64,000 bases of DNA from NCBI GenBank assembly GCA_938083135.1, contig CALLKY010000002.1:16097-80096 (forward strand), in the 5' to 3' direction. Source of the stretch: an uncultured Alphaproteobacteria bacterium (GTDB lineage: Bacteria; Pseudomonadota; Alphaproteobacteria; Bin95). Each line of letters starts with the position of its first letter. The first letter of the stretch is position 1. Under the pieces are notes generated by a model. The model was not told the origin of the DNA. It worked only from the letters and a program-made list of their open reading frames with translations, and did no database searches. The translations under genes and the position numbers were made by a program. Positions 57,101 through 64,000 of this stretch are shown in pieces.

Positions 57101-58744
57101 GGTCAGGTTTGGATTGAATTGAAGAAGCTGTGCGGCAACCGCCGCCACATTTGGCGCGGCTGCGGATGTGCCAAAGAAGTTCGGGTTGGAATCTGCGTCC
57201 GCGCCAGTATCGCTACCGAAGAAGGTATTGTTAGACCCATCAACGCCAACCAAATCAGGGCTGACGCGCTGTTCTGGTGTCGCCAAGCGCGCGCCGTTTG
57301 TGTCGAAAAAGATGTCCGTCCTGCCAACGGATGAGAAGCTTTCAAGCCGGGGAGGGCTGAGACCGAACTCAGGTGTTTGCCCAAAAAAGGCCGCACCGAC
57401 GCTGATCGCATCGGCGGCATTAGAATGCCCGACGGCTGTGCTGCTCTGTGTATCAAATTCATTCACTGCAACGCCGCCGGAGCGATAAAGGACGTATTTG
57501 ATGAAGTTGTCTGTCGCCTGGGCACCCTGGTTCGTGCGCACGATGGAAAGGTTGGCTTGAACGGCGCTGGCACCATTATTATCGATCTGGAAAATCTCGA
57601 CAGGATCACCGCCGATAGTGCTGGAGGAGGCGGAAAGATTGGCGATGATGGCACCGGTATTGTCCGTCAGCAGGATGTCATAATCTTCAATAGCGCCACC
57701 GCTGCCTGCACTGATGGACGAAAATGGATTGTCCCACTGGAATCCCAGCGTAAAGCTGCCACCGGCCTGGAACGTCAAGGATTGTGTGGTGTCCACGCCA
57801 GCGCCTGCATCGAAGTCATGCAGAGTCCCGGTAACGCTGACATTGTTGTTATTCGTGTAAGTGATCGTCTGCCCGCTGTTCGAATACGTGGCCTCGTAGG
57901 AATTGTCAGATGAATTGCCAGCAGATGTGTAATAGGCGACGCCGTCTGCGACGGCCTGGTCAGCGGCTTGCGCGATCACGCCGTCTTGGAAGAATGGCTC
58001 GGCAAAATAGAAGATGTCGTCTGTGATGACATCTGCGCCAGCAGCCACAAGTTGGCCGATGCCATTGGCAAAATCAGCCTGGCCAAGAAATGCGGTACGG
58101 AACAAGAGATCCGCATTCGGTACGATATCATGCACAAGCTGCGCCATGGCCCTGCCTTCGTCGATACCGCCAGAGCCGAGGTCGAGCAGAACAGTGACAT
58201 CGTTCGGCAGGTCTCCGGACGCGATATCAGCGGCTTCGCCACCCAAATTGTCATAGCTGTCAGACATGATGCCGATGGTGATGCCTGTGCCGTCTAGCCC
58301 ATCACTGGCGCGGATCTGGTCGGCTTGCTGTGCGGCGTCGGCTTCATTCTCGACGCTGCCGACATTCGTGCGCGATTGGGCACCCCTTGCGAAGTTTAGG
58401 TTCTCAATGGCTGATGCGGCTTCGAGCGATGCAATGGGCATCAATCCGCTGACCATATTGCCCCAGGTCGACCCGCCTTCGAGGCCAAGCGCCTGCAAGT
58501 CAGCCAGCAAGCCTTCAATATCGCCGTTTATGGAAGCGGCATCTATGACGACCTTATCGCCAATAACGTTGAGTTTTGTGGCGTCAACGAAGTTAAGGCC
58601 GATGTTCGTAAAACCAGAACTGTCCGCTGGCGTTGCTGACGTTGAATTGAGCGTCGGTGCGTTTGCTGAAGGGATTGCCAGCTTTGCCAGGGCACCGCCC
58701 AATTTCGCGGCGGCCTCTGTAAAGCGCTCAGATTGCGTGGACAT
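54188..58744 (-). CDS. Large secreted subtilase (S8 peptidase) with RTX-type Ca-binding repeats and a C-terminal T1SS-type signal
   Basis: N-terminal S8 domain: Asp in GITIGIMSDSYD, His in LVHDIV, oxyanion Asn in TSAGNSSDN, Ser in GTSAAAPNVAAVAA. About 850 aa of GGxGxDxxx nonapeptides arranged in 8 or more ~90-aa super-repeats. Acidic/hydrophobic C-terminus with no N-terminal signal peptide. GGGAGA SD upstream of the ATG at 58744. Confidence 0.85.
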   Translation of the reverse strand: MSTQSERFTEAAAKLGGALAKLAIPSANAPTLNSTSATPADSSGFTNIGLNFVDATKLNVIGDKVVIDAASINGDIEGLLADLQALGLEGGSTWGNMVSGLMPIASLEAASAIENLNFARGAQSRTNVGSVENEADAAQQADQIRASDGLDGTGITIGIMSDSYDNLGGEAADIASGDLPNDVTVLLDLGSGGIDEGRAMAQLVHDIVPNADLLFRTAFLGQADFANGIGQLVAAGADVITDDIFYFAEPFFQDGVIAQAADQAVADGVAYYTSAGNSSDNSYEATYSNSGQTITYTNNNNVSVTGTLHDFDAGAGVDTTQSLTFQAGGSFTLGFQWDNPFSSISAGSGGAIEDYDILLTDNTGAIIANLSASSSTIGGDPVEIFQIDNNGASAVQANLSIVRTNQGAQATDNFIKYVLYRSGGVAVNEFDTQSSTAVGHSNAADAISVGAAFFGQTPEFGLSPPRLESFSSVGRTDIFFDTNGARLATPEQRVSPDLVGVDGSNNTFFGSDTGADADSNPNFFGTSAAAPNVAAVAAQLLQFNPNLTPAEINAALAATAIDMDDPRTAGFDVGIDAATGAGLIDAAAALEFIRPSGGAIVGTNGGETLTGSGADDVIQGLGGDDILQGLGGSDDLQGGDGADQLFGGTGADTLTGGLGDDVYFVDDSGDAVSELLNEGTDRVEAEVDFTLTSNVENLTLAVGLTGTGNELANVLTGNTGAETLNGEAGDDQLVGLDGTDTLNGGAGNDTLDGGAGADAMSGGSGDDVYIIDNAGDTTTELLDEGTDAVQASVDFTLTDNIENLTLVVEGLTGTGNALGNLITGAGGSETLNGAGGNEILNGGAGADAMSGGIGDDAYGVDNVGDTVTELAGEGFDSVETLVDFTLGDNVEALTLSAEGLTGTGNDDANVIFGFTGAETLNGAGGDDDLRGEAGDDILNGGAGADAMTGGIGDDTYIVDNIGDTAVENVGEGTDSVSASISFTLGANVENLTLNGQAVDNLTGTGNELANQITGDAGANQLVGNAGDDVLDGGAGADTLTGGLGDDRYIIDDVGDTAVELADEGTDTVATSSDHTLADNFENLEVSGEGVLGTGNAVANLITGAAGSQTLSGLGGDDRLDGGAGADIMTGGTGNDVYVVDNAGDVLFEAAGEGTDTVEALVDFTLADGFEVLTLIAPGLKGTGNNGANRLNGSAGDDNLRGRGGSDDVRGGDGDDLLEGGPGDDRDRLIGGGGNDQLEGGDGDDRLFGNADQDVLIGGNGDDQLVGQSGNDTLFGGNGNDLLDGGFGNDLMIGGAGDDTYRVDSVSDQIIEISNGGDDTALASISYQIAIGVDNLTLTVGGLTGTGNFGSNTLTGSQGADTLDGGFGSDVLNGGDGDDVLIGGIGDRRDTLIGGSGDDQIDGDDGDDRIFGNGGNDIMLGGAGDDFIYGQSDNDQATGGAGADTFQFATLQGDDVITDFTVNEDIFLAFGFGFASGADVLALARADGDDTVVDLTGGGTVTLTGVALATLDADDFAVA
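54385..56944 (-). repeat. Intragenic tandem repeat array (~270-bp units encoding RTX/beta-roll modules)
   Basis: Recurring TGTGN(E/A)LAN-LTG...GGAGAD(A/T)(M/L)(S/T)GG-GDD-Y-(I/V)D-GD...EGTD-V...FTL-N-ENLTL at protein positions ~711, 819, 907, 1008, 1097, 1187 and 1350. Confidence 0.7.
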
Positions 58745-58931
58745 CCTGGTCTCCCGATTCAAACTGGTGCACGGCGATACCGTTCGAAATTCTAGGCTGA
58801 ATGCTTAGAAGATATGCGCCTCAGTCAATTATTGCGTCACCATCGCCCACCCACGACACCCAACGCCTAGCACGACGAGGATTAAGCCTTCAATGCGAGA
58901 AGCTGACAAAACGCCCAATTAATGCCCGAAT

Positions 58932-59861
58932 TTATGTACGTCGCCGGATCGCTTCGCGCCGAAAAATATATAAACCAGCGGCTGCAACGATAACTGCGCC
59001 GATAAAGGCGTTGATTGCAGGCATTTCCTGCCAGATGAAGAAGCCTAAGGCCGCTGTCCAGATCAGTTGCATGTAATCAAAGGGCGCGATGATGGTTGCA
59101 GGTGCCTTGGTATAGGCTGCGACCAGGCAATACTGCGCTGCGCCACCGATCAATCCGGTTCCGATCAACAGCATCCATTCTTGCGGCGTGGGCGTTTTCC
59201 ACCCGAAGAAGCAGGCAAACCCAGCGACAATGGCGGACACAGCGGTGAAATAAACTGTAGTCCGAAGCGCTGGCTCGGTCGATCCCAGTTGACGCATTGC
59301 AATCGCTGCCAGCGCATAGAAAAACGCTGCACCCAACGCCACCAGGTAGGCGATATTCAGGCTTCCAAACCCAGCGCCAGACGGGCTTAGCATGATGATC
59401 ACGCCGCCGAATCCCACGAGCGTCGCCGTCGCCCGTCGCCAGCCCACCAATTCCCCCAGCAATGGGGCGGAAAGCACGGTTAGAAACAGGGGCATGGTGA
59501 ATTGGGTCGCAGCGGCATCCGCCAAGGGCATGCGGGTAATCGCCCAATAAATCATGCTCATAGAGATTAGCCCGGCAGCAATCCGGCCAACGTGACGGAA
59601 TGGTCGATCCGTTTTCAGGACGCCCTTTGGCGCACGCATCAGTAGCGGTGCCAGGGGGATTAACCCAATTGCCATACGAAAGAAAACCACTTGCTGGGTC
59701 GGCATATCGCTGCCGAGTTCCTTGATCATCGCGAAGGACAGGCTAAAGCCGAATCCCGCAGCTAATGCAAAAAGCACCCCCTGCATAACGGCAGCGCGCG
59801 TGAGGTCGATGGACGGATGCGCAACGATACGCTTTGGCACAGACACAGGCATCGGCGTCAT
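58932..59861 (-). CDS. EamA/DMT-family transporter
   Basis: 309 aa with 10 TM segments. Confidence 0.8.
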   Translation of the reverse strand: MTPMPVSVPKRIVAHPSIDLTRAAVMQGVLFALAAGFGFSLSFAMIKELGSDMPTQQVVFFRMAIGLIPLAPLLMRAPKGVLKTDRPFRHVGRIAAGLISMSMIYWAITRMPLADAAATQFTMPLFLTVLSAPLLGELVGWRRATATLVGFGGVIIMLSPSGAGFGSLNIAYLVALGAAFFYALAAIAMRQLGSTEPALRTTVYFTAVSAIVAGFACFFGWKTPTPQEWMLLIGTGLIGGAAQYCLVAAYTKAPATIIAPFDYMQLIWTAALGFFIWQEMPAINAFIGAVIVAAAGLYIFRREAIRRRT

Positions 59862-59930
59862 GCTCGCTTGGCAAGCGGCAGGGCGGCAAGTACCGTCCTT
59901 GGACCACTATTTTTGAATCGAGGTGATATC

Positions 59931-60716
59931 ATGGCTGATCCGGTGCTTTTGGAGAAGGATGGCGCGGTTGCTGTCATAACGCTGAACCGCCCGGAGGTGC
60001 TCAACGCACTCTCCATGGAAATGTCTGAACTGCTTTGCGAAATCTGCTGGCAGGTAGAGGCCGATGAGAGTGTCCGCGCTGTGCTGGTAAAGGGCGCAGG
60101 CAAAGGATTCCAGGCGGGCGGGGACATCGCGTCATTCCATAAGGAAATTGACCGGATCGCCGTTCATGCCGGACGCATGATCGATACGTACCACGTGGCT
60201 GTCCGCACGTTGGTGCGGATGCCAAAGCCGGTTATCGGACAACTGCATGGGGCCGTCGCTGGAGCGGGGATGAGTTTGGCCATGAATTTGGACCTGGCCA
60301 TCGCCGCTGAAGGCACAATGTTTACGCTGGCCTATGCCAATCTTGGCACAAGTCCAGATGGCGGCTCAACATTCTTCCTGCCACGCCTTGTGGGACGTCG
60401 CCGTGCGATGGAAATTGCGTTGCTCTCAAACCGGTTTGATGCTGCGAAGGCTCATGACCTTGGCCTGATCAATGATGTCGTTCCGGCCGCTGAAATTAGT
60501 GAGAAAGGCATGGCGCTCGCCCAAAAGCTTGCGTCCGGCCCAACGCTGGCGTTCGCCAGAACCAAAGAGCTGATTGATCAGTCATTTGAGAATGATTTGG
60601 CGACGCAGCTTGAGGCAGAGCGGGTAAATTTTGTCGCGTCCACCTATACAAATGACTTCAAGGAAGGCGTTCAAGCTTTTGTTGAGAAACGGAAACCGGA
60701 ATTCAAGGGCGAATAA
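59931..60716 (+). CDS. Enoyl-CoA hydratase/isomerase-family protein
   Basis: VAVITLNRPEVLNAL motif. GAGGTGA SD upstream of the ATG at 59931. Confidence 0.85.
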   Translation: MADPVLLEKDGAVAVITLNRPEVLNALSMEMSELLCEICWQVEADESVRAVLVKGAGKGFQAGGDIASFHKEIDRIAVHAGRMIDTYHVAVRTLVRMPKPVIGQLHGAVAGAGMSLAMNLDLAIAAEGTMFTLAYANLGTSPDGGSTFFLPRLVGRRRAMEIALLSNRFDAAKAHDLGLINDVVPAAEISEKGMALAQKLASGPTLAFARTKELIDQSFENDLATQLEAERVNFVASTYTNDFKEGVQAFVEKRKPEFKGE

Positions 60717-61570
60717 TGGGTGCGCTTAAGGGGAAAACAGTATTCATTACCGGTGCCAGTCGCGGCATCGGCGCTGAGATAGCGAAACGGGCTGCGGAAG
60801 ACGGTGCCAATGTCGTTCTCGCTGCAAAAACTGTAGAGCCGCACCCGAAACTACCGGGCACATTGCCTGAGGTCGCGGCTGATTGTGAGGCGGCTGGTGG
60901 CACGGCACTGCCTATTCGTATGGACCTGCGCCTGCCTGAAGCGATTGAGGCGGCGGCGGAAGCGGCAGTCGAGCGGTTCGGCGGGATCGATATCCTGGTG
61001 AATAACGCGAGCGTTCAAACGTTCAGCAAAACACCAGACACAACGCCCAAGCAGTTTGACCTTCTATTCGATATCAATGCGCGCGGCACATTCTTGATGA
61101 CCCAAGCTTGCTTGCCATATCTGCGCAGGGCCGAAAACCCGCATATTTTGACCATCGCATCGCCCATAAACCTGGACCCACGCTGGTTCGGGGAGCGCTT
61201 GCCCCGCACGATCTCCAAATACGCGATGTCGATGATGGTGATGGGTTGGGCGGATGAGTTCCGCGAGGCTGGCATAGCCTCCACCGGTCTTTGGCCGCGT
61301 CATGCCGTGGCGACGATGGCCGTTAAGGTCTTCAACCCAGAAACGTATGAAGGCTGCCGTGACCCGCGGATTATGGCTGATGCTGCACACTGGATCACAA
61401 CACAGCCAGCCATGGATGTTACGGGGCGCTTCTTCCTTGATGATGAAGCGCTGACGGAACGTGGGCTGCCCCAAAGTGAGATCGATCGGTATTGGATGCA
61501 CCCAACGAAACGCTCACGCACGTCCAGCTTCCTGGACTATGACGCACGCAATCCTGCTGGAGAGAGTTGA
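60716..61570 (+). CDS. SDR-family oxidoreductase (HSDL2 N-domain-like)
   Basis: ITGASRGIGAEIA and YAMSM motifs. TAATG overlap with the upstream ECH. Confidence 0.85.
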   Translation: MGALKGKTVFITGASRGIGAEIAKRAAEDGANVVLAAKTVEPHPKLPGTLPEVAADCEAAGGTALPIRMDLRLPEAIEAAAEAAVERFGGIDILVNNASVQTFSKTPDTTPKQFDLLFDINARGTFLMTQACLPYLRRAENPHILTIASPINLDPRWFGERLPRTISKYAMSMMVMGWADEFREAGIASTGLWPRHAVATMAVKVFNPETYEGCRDPRIMADAAHWITTQPAMDVTGRFFLDDEALTERGLPQSEIDRYWMHPTKRSRTSSFLDYDARNPAGES

Positions 61571-62646
61571 TGAGCGAGACCAAAGGCAGCGCTGAGCTTG
61601 AAGCAACGGCGGTTACGTCTGTCCGCGCAGCGCACGCAATCGATGAGGGGCGGTTGAAAGAATATTTGAAAGGCGTTCTGCCTGATGCCAGTGGCGAAAT
61701 GCGCCTTTCACAGTTCGCTTATGGCCAGTCCAATCCCACATATGTGGTGGCGTTTGATGACGCCGAATATGTCCTGCGCAAGCAGCCGCCGGGTGAGCTT
61801 CTGCCATCTGCACATGCGGTCGACCGGGAATATCGGGTGCAGAAGGCGCTACATGGTGCCGGGTACCCTGTCGCCGAGCAGCATCATTTCTGTGAAGACC
61901 GGGCGATTGTTGGAACCCCATTCTATGTGATGGAACGGATGGCGGGGCGTGTTTTCAAGGATACCAGCTTGCCGGGCTGTACGCCTGAACATCGCCAGGA
62001 AATGTATCGAAGTGTGGCGGAAACGCTGGCGCGATTGCACACTGTTGACCATGCCGCCATCGGCTTAGAAGACTTCGGCAGGCCGGGCGATTGGTACCAG
62101 CGCCAACTCCGCCGTTGGTCTAGGAATTTCGCTGAAACGGCCACGCAATCCATTCCAGCAATGGATAAGCTTGGCGAATGGCTGCAGGAGAACATGCCGG
62201 AGGATGACGAAACCCGAATTGCCCATGGCGATTACCGCATGGGTAATGTCATGTTTCATCCAACAGAACCACGTATCGTCGCGGTATTTGATTGGGAAAT
62301 CTCGACGCTCGGCCATCCGCTTGGTGATCTGGCTTACTGCGCCATTTTGTACGGCACGACGCCTGAGCAGTTTTATGGGCTAGAGAACCTGGACCGGTCA
62401 GCGCTTGGCATTCCGTCATTCGATGAGTTCAATTCTGTGTACTGCAAAGCTGCTGGGCGCGCATCCGGGTTAACGGCGGCGCATATGGCCCATGCTTTTT
62501 ATCGGTTCGCTGCCATTCTGGACGGGGTGAGGGCGCGCGGATTGGCAGGCAATGCTGCATCGTCTGACGCGGCTGATGTTGGCTTGATAGCGCCGGACGT
62601 TGCCGCGCGTGGTCTCAAATATGCGATGGAAGGTCTACCCGAATGA
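61570..62646 (+). CDS. Aminoglycoside-phosphotransferase-fold kinase (ACAD10/11 N-domain-like)
   Basis: Brenner-like HGDYRMGNVMFHP and FDWE motifs. TGATG overlap with the SDR. Confidence 0.8.
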   Translation: MSETKGSAELEATAVTSVRAAHAIDEGRLKEYLKGVLPDASGEMRLSQFAYGQSNPTYVVAFDDAEYVLRKQPPGELLPSAHAVDREYRVQKALHGAGYPVAEQHHFCEDRAIVGTPFYVMERMAGRVFKDTSLPGCTPEHRQEMYRSVAETLARLHTVDHAAIGLEDFGRPGDWYQRQLRRWSRNFAETATQSIPAMDKLGEWLQENMPEDDETRIAHGDYRMGNVMFHPTEPRIVAVFDWEISTLGHPLGDLAYCAILYGTTPEQFYGLENLDRSALGIPSFDEFNSVYCKAAGRASGLTAAHMAHAFYRFAAILDGVRARGLAGNAASSDAADVGLIAPDVAARGLKYAMEGLPE

Positions 62647-63833
62647 GTGACGCTGCCCCGCCTTTACCATCCATGCCGCCGCTTGCTGGGGTATCGCTGG
62701 CGACGGTTCCAACGGCTATCGGCTATGCGGGCCGGGATGACATTCTGATGGCGTCCTTTGCGCCCGGAACGGTTGCTGCCGGCGTATTGACCCAAAACAG
62801 TGCCGCCGCCGCACCTGTGCTCTGGACGCGCCAGCGGTTGGCGAATGCGGATGCGCCCGCAGCGCTGCTCATTAATGCTGGGAATGCGAATTGCTACACA
62901 GGGCAGGCGGGTCATCGGATCGTGAAGGATGCCGCTGCGCGCGCGGCTGTCCGTCTGGATGCAAATCCTGAGAATATCTACATCTGCTCTACAGGCCGGA
63001 TTGGTCAGCAAGTGCCGCCACAGGCCATGCTGGATGCGATAGATACATTGGCCGACCAACGCGGTGACGATAATTGGCATGCGGCTGCAAGGGCCATCAT
63101 GACAACGGATCGCTGGCCAAAGGCCGCCGTTGTGAAGGTCAAAACCAGCGATGGAACGGCCACGCTCTATGGCTTGGCAAAGGGCACCAGCATGCTGGCG
63201 CCGAATATGGCCACCACAATCAACGCCGTATTCACCGATGCAAAGATTTCACGGGCGGACCTGCAGGCTGCATTGGATGCTGCAGTTGTCACGACCTACA
63301 ACAGCATCTCTGTGGATGAGACGACCTCCACCAATGACAGCTTGCTGGTCTTTGCGACAGGAGCCGGAGCAACTGTTTCCAAGGATGACTTGGGCGCATT
63401 TCAAGCTGCACTGATGGACCTTTTGCATCAAATGGCGCAGGCGCTCTTGGCGGATGCGCGAAAAGACGGTCGCTTGGTTGAGTGCCGGGTTGTTGGCGCT
63501 GAAACAGATGCAGCAGCGCGCAATATCGCCCGGTCGATTTCGCGATCATTGTTGCTGCGACGCGTTCTGGCGACTGGTCAGCTCTTTGCGGCGGATCAGT
63601 CCAGCGCCGGGCGCATCTTGGCAGCGGCAGGCACGTCGCTGGAGGCGATGGCGCGCGAGAGGCTGACTATTCGTGTGGGCGGGGCCATAGTGTTGCGCGA
63701 TGGAGAGGTGATCGCCCACCCAGGTGACGCTGCCAGGAACGGGTTCGCCGGAGACCGGGTTGAGATCGTGTTCAACGCCGCGGTCGGAAAAGGGATTGGG
63801 ACGGTATGGACAGTCGTTCCGCCCGCAACCTGA
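62643..63833 (+). CDS. ArgJ-family (ornithine acetyltransferase / Ntn-hydrolase) protein, divergent
   Basis: AKGTSMLAPNMATTINAVFTD, autoproteolytic-site-like versus canonical AKGSGMIHPNMATML. SVDETTSTNDS. Lacks the canonical C-terminal ...INADYRS. ATGA overlap with the kinase gene. Confidence 0.7.
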   Translation: MSDAAPPLPSMPPLAGVSLATVPTAIGYAGRDDILMASFAPGTVAAGVLTQNSAAAAPVLWTRQRLANADAPAALLINAGNANCYTGQAGHRIVKDAAARAAVRLDANPENIYICSTGRIGQQVPPQAMLDAIDTLADQRGDDNWHAAARAIMTTDRWPKAAVVKVKTSDGTATLYGLAKGTSMLAPNMATTINAVFTDAKISRADLQAALDAAVVTTYNSISVDETTSTNDSLLVFATGAGATVSKDDLGAFQAALMDLLHQMAQALLADARKDGRLVECRVVGAETDAAARNIARSISRSLLLRRVLATGQLFAADQSSAGRILAAAGTSLEAMARERLTIRVGGAIVLRDGEVIAHPGDAARNGFAGDRVEIVFNAAVGKGIGTVWTVVPPAT

Positions 63834-63858
63834 GCAACACGATTTAAGGACTGCCGCC

Positions 63859-64000
63859 ATGCCCCATGACGCCGGAATCTATGCGCTACACAGCTTTCTC
63901 GCACAGCCTGTAGGCTGGGAGGCAGTGGCGGAGGCGGTAGATGATGCTGGCAGGAAGGCGGTAACAGCAGCCGGTGGCGCAGTCTATGGTGCATGGCGTA
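63859..64000 (+). CDS. Hypothetical protein, 3'-truncated by the window edge
   Basis: Open frame from ATG 63859 to the end (MPHDAGIYALHSFLAQ...). No recognisable family. Confidence 0.3.
   Translation, partial: MPHDAGIYALHSFLAQPVGWEAVAEAVDDAGRKAVTAAGGAVYGAWR

Noticed and set aside
54407-58808. More than a dozen plus-strand ORFs (60-180 aa; Pro/Ser/Ala-rich translations) inside the giant minus-strand gene
   Set aside because: They are antisense frames of a GC-rich repetitive gene. They have low-complexity composition and no start-site support, and the minus-strand frame encodes a coherent S8 plus RTX protein.
1-64000. Mobile elements, prophage, CRISPR arrays, tRNA/rRNA genes, toxin-antitoxin or known anti-phage defence cassettes
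   Set aside because: No transposase, integrase, Cas, nuclease/helicase defence signatures, or repeat-spacer arrays were recognised in any frame. No cloverleaf-like tRNA candidates were obvious in the spacers. The only repeats are the intragenic RTX array and the single nested palindromic element.

Overview
GC-rich, gene-dense segment (about 65 protein-coding genes, short intergenic spacers, frequent 1-4 nt start/stop overlaps) that looks like an alphaproteobacterial chromosome. I found no rRNA, tRNA, CRISPR array, transposase or integrase by eye. A conserved housekeeping block tatA-tatB-tatC-serS-surE-pcm-nlpD (30.7-36.3 kb) separates two different kinds of DNA. Upstream (0-30.6 kb) is an accessory-like run of catabolic genes: a MarR-coupled sulfatase, a gluconolactonase-like protein, a diaminopropionate ammonia-lyase-like PLP enzyme, a fatty-acid-hydroxylase/TauD/quinone-oxidoreductase operon, several SDRs, a CmcJ-like oxygenase, an orphan Mo-hydroxylase large subunit with a GMC oxidoreductase and a racemase-family gene, a Baeyer-Villiger monooxygenase plus esterase island, and a hydantoinase A/B plus hydratase island. 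Downstream are a six-gene operon ending in lrgAB, catalase with an Irr-like box, an isolated fliD-fliS pair, a thiolase/DUF35 pair, a phasin, a 1518-aa subtilase-RTX repeat protein, and a translationally coupled ECH-SDR-kinase-ArgJ-like operon. Non-coding signals seen directly in the sequence are a ~150-bp nested palindromic element (12233-12380), several hairpin terminators and a 48-nt palindrome between convergent genes. All functional calls rest on motifs and family resemblance recognised by eye from the translations; no database search was run.
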